The notes under the pieces are model-generated. The model was given only the letters and a program-made list of their open reading frames with translations. It searched no databases and was not told where the DNA came from. A stretch of DNA of 64,000 nt. It comes from Vicugna vicugna (Eukaryota). The stretch covers positions 496,001 through 560,000 of the forward strand of contig MU057744.1 in assembly GCA_013265495.1 (NCBI GenBank), given 5' to 3'. A program made the translations under genes and the position numbers. How positions within the stretch are numbered: the first letter of the stretch is position 1; each line of letters begins with the position of its first letter. This document shows positions 36,801 to 51,800 of this stretch, piece by piece.

Positions 36801-39800
36801 CTTGCCCAGCCCCCAGACTGTCAGTCTTTTTACTCTGAGTCATTCTCAAGGGTACGAAGTGGCAGCTCATCGTGGTTTTAAACCGCATTCCCTTGATGAC
36901 TAAAGATGTCACACCCTTTTCACTTCCTTACGGGCCATCTGCAGATCATCCCTCTCTATGTGAATCTTATTTATCTTTGCATCCCCAGAGCCTAGCAAAA
37001 CAAATGTTTCCTGAATAGATATATATATATTTAAAGGTAGACGATCTAACAACATTAAAAAATGTATGTTAAAGTATAACAATTCTACCCTGAGGAATTT
37101 ACCTTAAAGAAGTAAAGACGTACGTAAAGAAGTAACCTGAGGAGTGTTAAGTTTAGTAGCAAGCAAATACTAACTAAATATCCAACAATAGGGGATTGAT
37201 TAAATAAATGACTGGCTAGCCATACCTGGAATAACAAGCGGTATTAATATTATTACACAAGCGGAATGATACGTTTGTGCAGAAAAAAGTCTAGAAGGCG
37301 GTTCTGATGTCTGTCTCCAGACAGACATCACAGTTGGTTTTCAGTTCCTTCCTTTGGTAGTCTGTAGCATGTACATTTTCCTAACCAGGCACAAAGACTG
37401 TTTGTGCAATAAGGAAAAATGGTGCCATTTAAACACAGAACACGTATACGGGATAATGTGCAGAAAAGAGTTACCGTGGCGGGCCTGACCTGCCCTCCCT
37501 GGAAAGGCCTTTCCTGCAGGGTGGGCCCTGGGCTGGTGCCTGGGAACATGGATTTCAGAAGCGTCCCCAACATTCTGTAACTGATAAGAGGGGCCCACTG
37601 CGCCCAAATCCATTGCACAAAGAGTGTGTTTTACACTGAGCACCTGCTTTTCTTCTGGGAGTCTCACTACCTGCGAGTCCGAGGGCGCCCACGTGACCCG
37701 CCCTCAGTAGAGCCCTGGCACCGCACCCCTGGTGAGCTTCCCTGCTGGGCGGCATCGCACACGCAGTCACAGTTTGCTGCTGGAGGGAGGGAGCGAGTTC
37801 TGCGGGAGGCACTGGGAGGGGTGGCTTCCTGGAAGCGTGTGCCTGGTCTCCTCCAGCTTCGCCCCTGCGTCCTGTCCTTTTGCTGGTTCTGCTTTGTACC
37901 CTCCCCTGTAATAAGCCTTAGCTGTACAGCTACATGCCGAGTCCTTCGTCCTCATCCAACCTGCGGGAGGCCCCAGGGGACCCCCAACAGATAGCACCTC
38001 AGTTATTCTCAAAGAGGTGGAACACCCAACCTGAAAATCTTGCCACATTTAGGGTCTCTGCCAACTCTCCTTGGTAACTGGGTGTTGCAAAGAAACAGTC
38101 CAGTCTTTAACTGCCCAGGTTCTACCTTCTATGAACGCGGATTTTAAAGACAGTCACTTACAGCAGGATGGAAAACATTGATGGCTTGGACAGAGGCCTT
38201 CCCTTTCTGCTTATACCCGAACACCAGGTCGATCCACTGGCAGATGTTCTGGGACACGTAGTCGGACTCCAGAGCCTGGCGGTGGATGAGGATGAAGAGG
38301 CGAGGGTCGTTACGTGCCCAGGGTGGGAGGTTAACGTGATTAACCCGTTCGCCATTCTGACGCACACCGAAATCAAACCCTGAAACACAAGATTGACACT
38401 AATGTTTGTCTCCCCCAGAGCATGCTTCATCTGGCCTACGGAGCAGATCCTAAGAGTTCACAGAAACGGTTGCTGTGGGCTGTCACCAGGAGAGGGAGTG
38501 GCGAGGACAGTGACGCCGTCTCTCATCACTATGTGCATTAGTGCTGCCCTAACGAGCCTGAGACCTTCCCGCTTCATTCTTCCAACACTTTATATCATAT
38601 TGGGAAAAAAAGCAGAAAATCACTGCCCGCTAATTCCAAATCCAGTTTATCAAATCCTCAAATGCATTAAGTGTGTAAATATCTATTCAATTGTAAACTT
38701 GATTAAAATAAAGCGAAGGCTTTTGTATAAGCATTTCTGAATTACTGGTGTTAACATTATAATAAATTTAAGATTATTTATATATAGTAAATATTAGCAT
38801 TCAGTAGTTTAAAACACCCAGTGAATACAAGGTACACACATTCCTAGAATGAACTGTCTTAAGTCTATTAATTTTATGGTAAATCTATAGGTCTGTTCTG
38901 ATTCATTTCCACCAAGGAATGCTTGGTGGACAACAAAATTATCCTAGCATCCTGAATTAGAGAATCTTCTGAGATGTACATAAGGTGGTATCCAATTGTC
39001 TCATTAGTCTGCTAGTGTATGTGAAAGTCTCGGAAGTGTTTCCTTAAAAGAATTGTTCTAAAGAAAACATTACCTTTGGACAGAGATTTTTTTTTTGGGA
39101 GGGGCTACCTTTTATGGACAGAAAATCCAAACACCGTAACAATACAAATTTGAAAGGACCTCTTTACAAGCTGATTCTGCTTCACATAAAATTAAGTTGC
39201 TGTCTGCCTCCTTCTTGATCTTGTGGAAACAGAAGGAGCTTCACTAATACTGGAAGCACTCTGAAATGGTATGAGGTAAAATACACACCAAGGGGTCACG
39301 TCAGCTTAGCAGGGGGTAGGGGTGAGGGTCATCTTGGCGAGCCCTGCAGTCATGGGACCGACAGCGGCAGGGGCTGACGGTTAGGATGCACCCGCTGGGG
39401 GCAGCTCCAGGGGAGGCAGCAGAGGCAGACTGACTGAACAGTGGTGATGAGGCATCTAAGGGCTGAGTGGGGAGGGGCTGAGCGGCAGGGGTCTCCGTGA
39501 ACTCAAATCATTCCCAGCTTCCAGGTGCTCTGGGGACACATCGCAGAGGTGGGCCCTCTTTACCCAGAGCAGCTGACCGGAGGTTTACTGAGAGCATCCT
39601 GTGGGAATGCTGACTGGAAATGACATGACATGTAGCAAGTTACCTTCTCCAGAAACAGTTATAACAACACTTGCTGTCTTACGCACTTTTCTAGAATTTT
39701 GCTACCCCCTATCAAATGGCAACACCCATGCCTTTTCCTTTTGAATGTGGACAGGCACTGTGGCTCCGGTACGAACAGAATGCAGCTGAAGTGCCAGTGT

Positions 39801-42800
39801 GTGACCTCCAAGGCCTGGCTGGAAAAGGCCATGCAGCTTCTGCTCCTCTCCCTGGGACCCCGAGTCACCAGGTAGGATGTCTGAGGTGGCCATGCTATGA
39901 GGAACTCTGAACTCGTCCGTGTGGAGAAGCCACGTGGGAAACCACGGACACCACACGAAGAGAGATGTCACCAGCCCCAGTGGCTCTGCTCCAGCTGTTC
40001 CAGCTGCAGCCAGTCTGAGTGCAACTGCATGACAGACCCTGCGCCAAACCACAGAGACCACCTGGCTGAGCTGTTTCTCAATTTCTGACCTGAAAAACTC
40101 CGATGGAGAATACATTTAACGTTGTTTGGAGTCACTCAGTATTGGGGTTATTTGTCATGCAGCTGTGGATAACTGGAACATACACATAAGAGACTTGGAC
40201 AAAGAGCAAGCGGTAGATTCAAATGAGTCCCAGAATGACAGCCACGAGGCAGGGACCCCAAACTGCAGGTGCTGACGTTTCACTGAGGCATTTCTCACTC
40301 GGGCAACACGACAGCGCCTGCTCCGGGTAAACTGCAGCATGAATTTATCAACGATGTGCCCAGTAACTTGAGAGGCCAGTTAAAGCAGAAAAAATTCTAA
40401 AGTAAGTTGCCCAATGCTAACTTCCCTAAAGATAGAATTCTCAATACATATACTCCTCAAGGTCCCATAAAAATATGAGATCGGTAATGTAGGAAAACGA
40501 CCCAAAGGTAACCTCTCAAAGGGTTAACTGATCTCACGCTGAAGAGCAAGCAAGACTGGCCAAGCTTGCTGGTCACTGGCATCACAGAAAAGGTGATTTT
40601 ATCTCCAGGTATCCCTTACCATTGTTAGATAATTCTGGTTAGAGTGTTTTATTTCTAACTTGGTCATTCCTCATAATATCATTAAGATTTTGGTTAATTT
40701 ATATTGTGCTTTAATAAATTCATGATTCTTTTTTTATAATCAACATATTATCACTTTTGTAGTCAGAAAAAGTAATTAAGTTATTTCTGTAACAAAACTA
40801 AAATACGTGTTTGCAAATACTTTGAATAGTTACAAGTTACAGTTTTTCAAATATACCTAGTCCAATGAAAGACTGAAAATCCTCAAGCTCACTTGGAAAT
40901 AAAACTATATATTTAATAAGTAAAGGTATTTCTCTTCCCTGGGGACTCAAAAGTTTAGGATTCACCAAAGCTATTTTTCTTTTTGGAAAATTATAAAATA
41001 CGTACAAACTCTCAGAAATATAAATTAGAAATGATTTATTCTTATACCTTCACGGTTAACTAAGAATTCTGGAAGATAGAAGAACTCTGGGATAAGTTCC
41101 TTCACATCAGTCATGGACTCAAAAGATGACAGACGCCACGTTGTATTTGTAGAATGAAAAGTTCTGTCTGGAATGTCAAAACTCTGATCTAAAAAGAAAC
41201 ACAAATTACACAATTAAGATACAAAGACGTGATTCCATTTGAAACCTGTTAATTTACTTTGACTATTTCAAAAAGATTAAAATAATGTCCCTTTTGTTTG
41301 TCCATAGTTTAAAAGTTTGTTCACGTTCTTGAAAATGAATATTTCTGTATCTATTGGGGACTGCATTATATTATTTTTAATCTGTATTATGCTTTCACAG
41401 TGCAAGTGACTGGATACATTTATATTGTTTGTCTGATTATGATCAGGCTGCCCAAGTAGAATGGAAGTTCCACAGAAGCAGAACCCTGGGATAGCAGCCG
41501 TACCCAGCACACCTGAGGGACTGGGCAATGGTTTGTTCACTGAATAAACAAATGAATAGGGAAGGACAACCATAGCTGAAACAGGTAAAACGGTTCTCCC
41601 CTCTGACCAGTAAGACTACTCTTCCTCTCGCTTTTCCTTTCCCTTTTTTTTTCTGTCGGGGTTGGGGGGCACTGCTTTTTAGATGTTCTAACTCTATGCC
41701 AAAAAATTAAGTAAAATTTCACATAAATGGTGCAGATTAATCAAGAACTGAGTTTTGAGCCTGTCTTTCCTGTCAACAGTTACGCAGACTTTCTAGCCTA
41801 GAATGCTAAATGATCTCCACAGGCCCGCCCTTGAAAACACCAGCAGTGTAGACGCTTCTCAGGAACCGTGATGCACCAGCTAAAACTCCTTTGAACTTGC
41901 TGGAATTGGAACACATCTTTTCATTGGGAGGCTGTCAAAGACTAATTTCAGCATCAAGCCAGGCTCAGTTTTAAAAGAGACACTAAATCTGCCCCCAGCC
42001 TGACCTGCTTTGCGGAGCGATGCTCTCTATCACTTTTATTACCTTCTCATCCCTTCTGTTCAGTTCGTTAGCACTGGCTGGCCACTGAATAACATCTGGG
42101 AAGAAATGGGGTTTATAAATACGTCTTTTTTCCCTCAGAAAGTAGGGAGGGCCACTTAAAGAAATGTGTACTAATGCATTCAGGAGGAGAAGTTATTGAT
42201 CTAAGTGGAATCAAGGAAAATAAGTGCACCCGTGTAAGACTGTGGAGCCACAGGCCCCAGCCCCGAGAGCACAGGGCCCTGGAACGAGACGAGCACACTG
42301 AGGGTGCCGTCCAGATTTTAAAACTCCCTGCCGTTTCTTAATTTAAAAAAAAGCAATACTGCAGACTCCTATAATCTAGAACATGTATATATTCAACTAG
42401 CAGTCGCTACCCCAGCACTTCTGCCCCCCAGGGGACTTCGGGCAATGCCAGGAGACATTCTTGGCTCTCACAGCTGGGCGGGTGGGGGATGCCACTGGCT
42501 TCTGGCAGCGAGAGGCCAGGGATGCTGCAAATCGCCCTACAAAGCACAGGTCAGTCCCCGGAACAAAGAACTAGGGGCTCAAAGCGACTACGGCGCCAAG
42601 CTGAGAAGGCTAGGCTAAGCCAGAAGCCTAGAAGTAAATTCAAAAGCCAACAAAGTCATTTTAAACCAATCAGAAGAAAGCGAATGGGGACTGAGGTCAT
42701 TGCTGTTTTGTTTTAAAATCATTCTTTAACACACGATGAAGAAAACCCAGCATAATGGTTGATTGGGAGTTTTACATTAACTACATGGGCTACATTAAAA

Positions 42801-45800
42801 GAAATGAGGGCAGTAACGGTTCTCTTATCCACTGCAGTTGCCCCAAACCACGTCGGGTATATTCTTTTTTATTCCTACGGCCACTTTTTAATAAGGACAT
42901 TCGCAAATCACGTCCAGAAAGATGAGCACAGCGCCAGGCCTGCGAAGCAGAGCAAGCCCGGCTCAGCTGTGAGTTTCGAAGCTCTTCCCCAGGACCAGAA
43001 CTGTCTCCCTCCTTGTGTGCTCCGTGCAGCAGCTGGAGGAGGCGTTGCACATAGGGGGCTCTCAACCCAACGTCCTAAGAGCTGAGGACAAGCAGCCTGG
43101 CAGTAAACAGGAGAGAGAGGAGGGAGGGGCAGGGCAGCAACCTCCCAGTGCAGCTGTCACGTGGACCCTGTGCTCTGTGCACTCAGACAGGGGCAGATCT
43201 AGGAAAGCCCCTCTTACAGACCAAGTGGTGTACAGACACAAAACTCATTCCTCCAAGAGGCTGCATGTGAGCATAAACACAGAAAGACATTCAAGAAGGG
43301 TCGGGGAAATGAATGGATGACGTTTCCACAGAGGATTCCGAGCGCCCAGAGGAACAGCCACAGGGCTACTGCCACGGCCCTCGTTAGACACCGCTAAGTA
43401 GGTGTGTCCCTGTGTGTACAAGGATTCCCCTCTGCCTAAGTCATCTGCAGGCCTGCAGGCTGTCCCCGAACATGCCGAGGTAGAAGATTATCAACCGGGA
43501 AGTCCCTGAGGCGCAGGGGGCAGCGTGACTCTCCTGTAACCAGTTACACGTTCTGACTTACAACAACCTATTCCCCATTAGGGTCCAAAGAGCACTTAGG
43601 TGATCTGAAATGATTATTCAGTTGAACATGTTAAAAAAGTGAACTGCAGACACTTTAAAGGGGTAAAAGTTATACTATGGGAATTACCTCTTAATTTTTA
43701 AAATGTGAACTGCATTTTAAAAACTCAGACATGTTTAATTTGAAGCTAAAGTCTGAGACGGGGCGAGGTGGTTTGGCTTCCTGCAGGTTTCCTGGAGAGA
43801 ATTCCATGGAAGGAGTAAGTGGAATTCTTTCTCTCATGGTTTGATTAGTCTCAACACGCGCTCAGGCTGCCTGTCAAGTGCTTCCCCGCCTTCCCGACAA
43901 AGCTGACTTTGGGGGCGGCTTACCTTGGTAGGCCAGGAACATCTTGGTGAAGGGAGGCATCCTGACCAGGAAGTGCAGCACCGTGCCGCTGTTGGAGTAG
44001 TGGGAGCCGTAGTGGTAGGGCTGTACCGGGGGCATCGGGTCGTCCTCGCGGGCCCCTTTGCGGTACTCCTCCTCCAGGTACTGAAGGGGTCAGAAGTCAC
44101 GGCGCTGAGCGCTGGCGGGGCGTGGAAGCTCGCCCGTCCTCTCTGTGGTCCCTTAGACCTGTTCTCCACGGCTTGCCCCTCACCCCCTGTCTGGACCTCG
44201 GCCACCCTGAGGGCCTGGAGGCTCCTCCACAGTGCCCTGCTGAGGCCTGGGCGCTCAAGAAGCCTCCCCCAAGCCTGCACTTTGACCCTCTCCTTCCCTC
44301 TGAGAAAACCCACCTGTTCTGCACCCACCTCCATCACCCTGGCTCCCAGCCAATGGGTACAAAGTCTGAGTGGACTGAGCGCTCAGCACGTGAGGGCTGC
44401 CCCTCTCACCGGGGCTGCTGCATTTTAAGAAGGTTCAAGTGGTAAAGCTACATTCTTTAGAGAAGCGCTTCTCTAGCAGTGGGAACGCCACAGAAATAGA
44501 AAAACGGTATTACACTACTGGAATTCTTTAACAGAACTCTTTACGGCTGTTCTGCAGTGGAGTTACACAGACGTAACACATACTTCAGGCATTTTCCACC
44601 TACTCCCATCTCCCATCATAAAGAAGGAAGCGCAACCAAACTTTGAATGTCTGGCACCATCCTCGCCTCCCACAGCTTCTGTCTCTAATAACAAAGTCAG
44701 GTGACAGTGAATTTTCTGGAGTCACTTCTTGACTCCCACGACACTGTCTCATTCTCAGCTGCAGAAGAATCGAGTAGTGACACAACTGTCACATAAGATG
44801 CCTGGAGGGATCTTTCTGGAATTCTGACGTAAGACAACGTACGGAATAGGGGGACACTGCTTCAGCTGCCCAGTCCTGATACTGTTGTGAAGAACACAGC
44901 CTACGGCTAACGAGACCTCCTGAATTTCCAACAGGATTCCATTAATACTAATTTCACAGAAATGGACAATTATTTTCTATTTTTAAACTTTAAAATTTGG
45001 TATTTTTATTAATAAACCAAAGCATAACCTGCTGAATATGAATAAGGGATTATGGTACATTATAAACGTACTGACGCTATTACATATAACACTAGGGGAT
45101 ACAAAGAGTGAGTCCCTGAAAATCTTCATGATTTTTATAAGGAATGCAATTATTTATATATTTCAGCATAACAATGGACTATTAGCTTCCAACTTATGCA
45201 ACAATAAGTATATTTCTTTTTCTGGGCAAAATGTCTTCAGAGAATTAAGACAGATTAATACTTAAAATCATCTAATGATTTCCAGTTGCCTGTCAACCAA
45301 AGCACAAGGAAGTGAGAAACAGAAAAATCAACCTTATAAATTTAAAGTTTGGTAAAACATAAGCCTGTAAAGCAAAAATCGTTTCCCTTTATCAAAATAC
45401 ATGAGGCAAAACTAAACCTACCCTGTAAGTGTCCACGTACCGGTCTTCCTTTTCTTTGTACTGCACCGCGATGGGCTTGGAGAGGTTTCTACAGAGGAAG
45501 AGACGATGGAAAGCACAGGATGCATGTTGGCACTGTCAGGAATAGGTGCCCAGATGCTTGCAGGCAAATAAGAGAGCCACTGGCCAACAGCACAGTGCTT
45601 ACACATGCTGCTCTGCAACTGACAAGTCGCCGCTCACAATGACGCTTTCATAACTGTTCGGGCAGACGCAGTTGGGTGTTGGGACTCCGGACTCAGGAGT
45701 AACCCAGCCCAGAGCTGCCGCTCTCCCTCCCCTCGCTGGCCCCTCCGCTCGCTCCAAATCCTAACTGCTGCTGCGCTTGGCAGCTGATTCCCACCAGGCC

Positions 45801-48800
45801 CCAGGTTCCTGTCCCCACCTCCAGACTCCACACCAGTAAGGCAGTGAAAGTGAAGGGCAGTCTGGACAGGAAATACGATCATGAGGAAATGTTACGGAAT
45901 TATCAGGTTTTCAGGGAAAACTGAAGAAACAACATAGGCTTCAAATGACCACGCTGAGCTCTGGAGCCTGAGCACTGAACTAACTTGCGGACAGCGAGGG
46001 GCAACGCTGTGTCGAGAGTTCGAGGAGGAGGCCCTGCTTTTACAGGCTACAGAGTCAAGCAGCAGCTCCCTGGGGCCTGGAAGAAGCGACAGAACAAGAT
46101 TCAGTGAGGGACGCAGGCTTCCCTGGCCGAGGCGCCATCTGGGCCGCACCAGGATGCAGCCCCTGCAGTGTCAACAGCTGGCACCGTACCCAGATCAACA
46201 TCAAGATTTGCTCAGACTTCAGCAAGTGAAACCAGGTCTGTTTAGTTGGATGCTGATCTATCTATTTGGGGGGAAAATCACTGCCTCGGGATATTAAAAT
46301 TAGCAATAGCAAACACATTAATTTCATTTTTGAGACTTTTATAATCCTAAACGCTTTGTTAAAAAGTAAAGATAGCTTTTCAGAATAGATACAAATTCAC
46401 ATCTCAAAATCGGAGAAATCACGTTGCAGATTGTGGCACGCAATTTTTTTCTAAAGAGTGTAAATAGTGTTTTTTTTTAACATAAATAATCCTTATTGTG
46501 GTTAGAAAATCAGAAATTACTGATGAGCGAAAAACCAAAAGCCAACCATAAAACTGCTTCTAATACTCACAGTGTGTCTGGAAGGGCATATGCCTTTGCG
46601 GGCGTCTTCCCCTTATCTGTGTGTGCATATTCACTTTTTAAATAAAAAGAACATCTTTTGCCCCCAAATATACATTTCTACAACAACATTTTTAATGGCG
46701 GCAACAGGGAACAATTTACTCAAACCTAGTGCTGGGCATTTAGGTTGTCTCTAAATTTTGGCTACTTTAAAAAATAACATGAGGACTGTCCTGCTGGCTA
46801 AATCTTCATTTGCAGGGCCAGGCACTGTTATCAGCAATGACAATGGCACTGAGGTTAGACAAGAAAATGTTCAATTTTTTTCTTAAGAGATGTGTACTAA
46901 AGAACACACGAGTGACATAGAAGATACGTGTGATCTGTCTTAAGAAGAAAAAAAAAGATGCAAGTTTGGCAAAGGTCTTCATAATTGAGTTGGGGTGAGG
47001 GACATACGGGGGTTTATTATATATTCATTCCATGTTTGTGTATGTTTGAAAATTCTCACAACAAGAACTTTAGTGAAATAAATATGGCATACTGACACAG
47101 CCAAAAGGGGCTGACGCCCTCACTCACCTGTAGACGGCGGGGTCGCCGAGATCAAGGGTCTCACTGACGTAGTCGGCCAGGATGAACGGGAACACTGGGT
47201 ACTGCATGAGGTCGTTGAAGGACCGGCCGGCATGCTTGTTCAAGTGAGTCAAGTATTCGAAGTTAGTAATTTGTCCAGCATACCACAAATTTGTCAGAGC
47301 CGTGATGTTGCCGTATTCCAGAAGGTTAGGGAGGTGGTTTGTTAGAATGCTGTGGTACACATCATCACGGACCTCCGAGAGAAAGAGAGGGAAAAAAGCA
47401 GATTTTACTTTGGGGCTCATTGGCACGTTCCTACAAAGGACCTGGGATGCTGTCGGCGTGTCACTAATCCCAAGCCTTCCAGGAAAATACTTTCCCAACA
47501 ACATTAACGTGCGAAGAACCGAGATTCAAATCCAGGTTTTCCTCCAAAGGTTGGGCTATTTCTCTAGTTACTGAAGAACAGCTGATTTACAGTTTAACGT
47601 TAGTTTTAGGTGTACAACATATTGATTCAATATATACATTACATGCCATTTAAAGGTGTTATAAGATATTGGCTGTATTTCCTGTGCTGCCCAGTATACC
47701 CTCGTAATGGATATTTATTTCACACACAGTAGTTGGGACCTGTCAGTTCCCAACCCTCCTCTTGCCCCTCCCCTCCCCCCCAACCGGTACCACTAGTTTG
47801 TTCTCTGTATCTGTGAGTCTGCTTCTGTTTTGTTATATTCACTCATTCATTCGTGGCTTGTTATTAACCACAGTGTTCTGCTGCTGGAGAAATCAGTTCA
47901 TAAACTAAGAAGTATACATGGAAAAGTCACGTATATACAGACCCTAAGGGAAAAAAATCAATAAAGGAACAAGAGTCTTCATCTAAATAAATGCAACGTG
48001 ATGTAGTAGAAAGAGCACGGTTTTCTAATTAGGCAGACCTGGGCTTTTTTCTTGCTTAAATCCTTTAGGCTGCAGTTACTATATCTCTAATACAGGGGCC
48101 ATCATACTTATTTCACAAGAATGAAATAAAACACCCTATGTAAAACACAACACTTGATTTTCACTACTGATTGAAAACTAACACATGAAACTTTTTTTTT
48201 TAAGAGCCACACAACGTTCTATCACAAAAAAGGGCACGGTATTCTGGTTTCTGCTACAGCGATGAACGGTAACTGGTAACACACGGGAAAAACACACGAA
48301 CCAGACCCCTGCTAAATACAAACCTGAAGCACTCCTCTTAAACTGTGGGTGCTCCAGGCACAGGAGGAGGAGCCAGGGAGGTGGGGCGTCAGAGCCCGAC
48401 GAGAGGCGAATGACAAGAAGGAGCCACGGGCAAGGTCGCAGGCGTGGAGAGCCCAACCTGGGGGTCTGCGTCTCCACGGCGAGAGTGTGCTCAGCACGAC
48501 TGCCCTGTATGCTTGGACGTAGTTAAGATGCTGACTTCATGTTATGTATCTTTTACCACAATTGAAAAAAAAGAATCTGTTCAAGGCAAAAAAAATACCC
48601 CCCACCCCCAATCTGCAGTCTAGATCTGAAGGGTGACGAGTACGGAAGGTAAGGCTGATGAAGAGAATTTAGGACAGTCTACACACTACGCTCAGCAAGA
48701 GAAGGAAACATTTAGTCATTCAACAAGTATTTAGTGAGCACCTGTATCCTCGTATGTTCAAGGTGCTAAAGCTGCAGCTCTCAACAAAACAAAGCTTACC

Positions 48801-51800
48801 TTCCATTGGGGAGACAAGCACTGCAGAGAAAAATAGATCAGAGTGAAGGCGACGAGGGATGTTTGGGGGTGGGAGTGAGGGGGGTTGCTATTTTATTTAC
48901 AGTAATCAGGGGAGTCTCTCTGATATGAAGGCATTTGATCCGGAAACCTGAAAAAAGTAAGGCAGTGAACCATGTAGATTTCTAGGAGGAAAAGCATTCC
49001 AGGGAGCAGCGAGCGCAAAGGATCGGAGGCACTGGTGTCTCCATGGATGGAGGAGGTGGAGGGGCAGGACGGGAGTGAGGAGTGGGGTGGGAGAAGGTAA
49101 GGTCAGAGGGGCAAGGAAGTGCCAGGTTACTCAACACTGCAAGAACCAGGCTCTAACGGAGTGACACAGAGAGTGGGCGGAGGGCTCTGAGCAGAGGAAT
49201 GGCACGATCTGACCTTAGCCGCTGCGTTTAGAATAGTCTCAAACAGGAGGGCTACGGAAGCAGGCAGAGTCTAGTATAATGATATGCGTGCAGGGGGACC
49301 ATGGTGAGAGCAAGACGGCAGCAGGGAAGCCATCAGGTTCTGGATGCACTGTCGGGGGAGAGCCCACAGAACTCGCTAACGAGCAGATGTGGGGGAGGGA
49401 GGAACAAGGGGAGCGGGGATAGTCCCAAGGGTTTGGGCCGGGACATCAGGGAGACTGGAGCTGCTACTTACTGAGATGGGGAAGCTGCAGAGAGCTTTTG
49501 GGGGGAAGATTAGGAGTTCAGTTCCGCACATGTTAAATTTGAGTTGCCAGTGAGACTTCCAAGTGGAGATGCCAAGGAGTAACTTAAATATCTGAGTGTG
49601 GCATCCAGGGGAGAGGTTTGGGTAGTGATACAAATTCATCAGTTGTTATAATACAGACAGTACTTAAAGTCACCAGATGGGATGAGACGAGAAGAGGTGA
49701 GGAGGAGGAGCCCTGAGACGCTCAGAGGAGGCATCTGCAAACAAGACGGGGAAGGCACGGCGGGTGAGGCCGAGGGAGAGCTGGGGGGAACCCAGAGGCC
49801 CAGGGAGGAGGGGCCCTGGCTTCCTCTTTCCCTCTCTTTGAGGAAAGGGAGAGTAACCAGCTGTGTCAAGTAAGACGGAGACTAGCAAACAGACCACAGG
49901 CCGAGCAACATGGAGGTGACCGGGGGTGCCGGGCAGAGGTCACGGGGGAGGGTGACGAGCCTCTCACAGGAGCATCGAGGGGAGGATCTGCAGGCCGCGG
50001 GCACACAATTTCTCCCAGGAGGTCTTCTGTGAAGGACGGCAGGCAAACAGTAGCAGAAGGGACAAGGTGGCCAAGGAAGGGTTTGTCAAACATGGAATCT
50101 ACAAGTTGAAACCACTTTCAGGTTGGTTATACATTCGTTCATTTGCTTTTTTAGACGCAGTCACTTTGGGGAATAGAATTTAATACGCTTTTGGAGGACA
50201 AAACTAATTTTAATATAACCAAGGGTTTACTTTAATCAGGACTAAGAAACAAAGCAATTTTTATTTGATTTCAGAAACAGTGAGTTAAAGTTTAAATAAG
50301 TTAAAACTTCATTTAATCAGTATGACTATAGCTACATCAATCCTATGATCACGTCAAAAAAGTGTATCTATTAATAAAGGTGTTACCTTGGTGTTATCAA
50401 ATGCTAACAGGAGTGTCCTGCCATTTGTTAAAAATATTTCCACAGCATTATCTCTCAACTGCCACCAACGTTTGTGAACTTCTTTAATTTCTTCATATGT
50501 CCAGGAAAATGATGCTGGTTCTAATTCTCCCTGAAGGCTCTAAAGACAAAGGAAATACATGGAAGTATTTGATTTACATGAAATATAAATAATCATTTTA
50601 ATTTTAGATTTTTAAAAAGTATCAAAATGCAACAGAAAGTCTTCCTTTTGTGGCAAAATGGCAGATAAGATTCTCTGAAAATCCTCCCACTGCTAAATAT
50701 TTCAAAATGCTGGATAAAATCTAAGAAAAATATTTTAATTAATAGGTTTCATTTAAACTTTTTTATAGACTATTTTCCAGAGAAGTCTTAGGTGCAAGAA
50801 AACTGAGCAGAGAGCCCGGAGTTCCCGTGCAGACCCCTCCACACTCAGTCCCCATGCTGTGAACGTGGGGACTTGTGTGCTGACTGTGAACACGGCTGAG
50901 CCCCCGTTGAATACAGTATTCTGAACTTCAGTCACAGCTGAATCTCGGTGTTGTGCCGTGGATTCATGGGTTTCGACAGATGTTTAATGACATGCGCCCA
51001 CCATTTCAGTTCTGCACAGAACGGTTCCACTGCTCCGAACCCTCTTGTGCTCCAGCTGGCAACCACTGCTCTTTTTACTGTCACCAGGTTTCCCTTTTCC
51101 AGAATGTCACAGAGCTGGAACCACACAGTATGTAGATTTGCCAGATGGATTTTTTTTACTAAGCAAATAGTCTTCTAAATATATAGCTGAGCTTGCAAGA
51201 AAGGAAGGGAAATGAATTCTCCAGGAGTCAAAGATAAAGAGAAATTTGAAAAACAGCAGAAAGGAGGGAGTGACACTTAGGCCAATTCTGCGTATTTTAC
51301 TATGGTACTGGGTCCCAAATAACTTTTAGAAGTAGTGGGAGGAAATATGTTACAAAGAAAAACAAAATATTTTAATGCAAATGTAATATTCTCATTCTTA
51401 AAACTGAATTCCTCCCTGTTTAGCTTCAACACTCAGCATACATTCAATGTAACGTACATCTATTAAGCGTCTACAGGCAAGGTGCCCAGCTAACGTGCTC
51501 TGCATGAAATAAACCTAAGTGTGATAAAGAGGGGGCGTGAGGTACTTGTACACACATTTAAAATGCAAAAGAGCAAATGTCCTACAAGAAGTAAGAATTC
51601 ATGCTACAAAAGTACAGGGGGAGAAAGGGTCCTTCAGTGCACTAAAAAACAAGGGTATTTTTAGAGTTTTCAAGGTGGAAAATGTCACCTTTGAATCCAG
51701 AAAAAAGTTGGTTCATGTATCAACTATTGAATTCCATGGCTGCTAAAAAGATACATCTTGAAAAATAACATAACTATACTTTTACTTGCTGGGATCAATA

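Noticed and set aside
43925..44428. 167-aa plus-strand ORF, and the 167-aa minus ORF 43834-44337
   Set aside because: Antisense or off-frame shadows of GC-rich LYST exon 42 plus intron.
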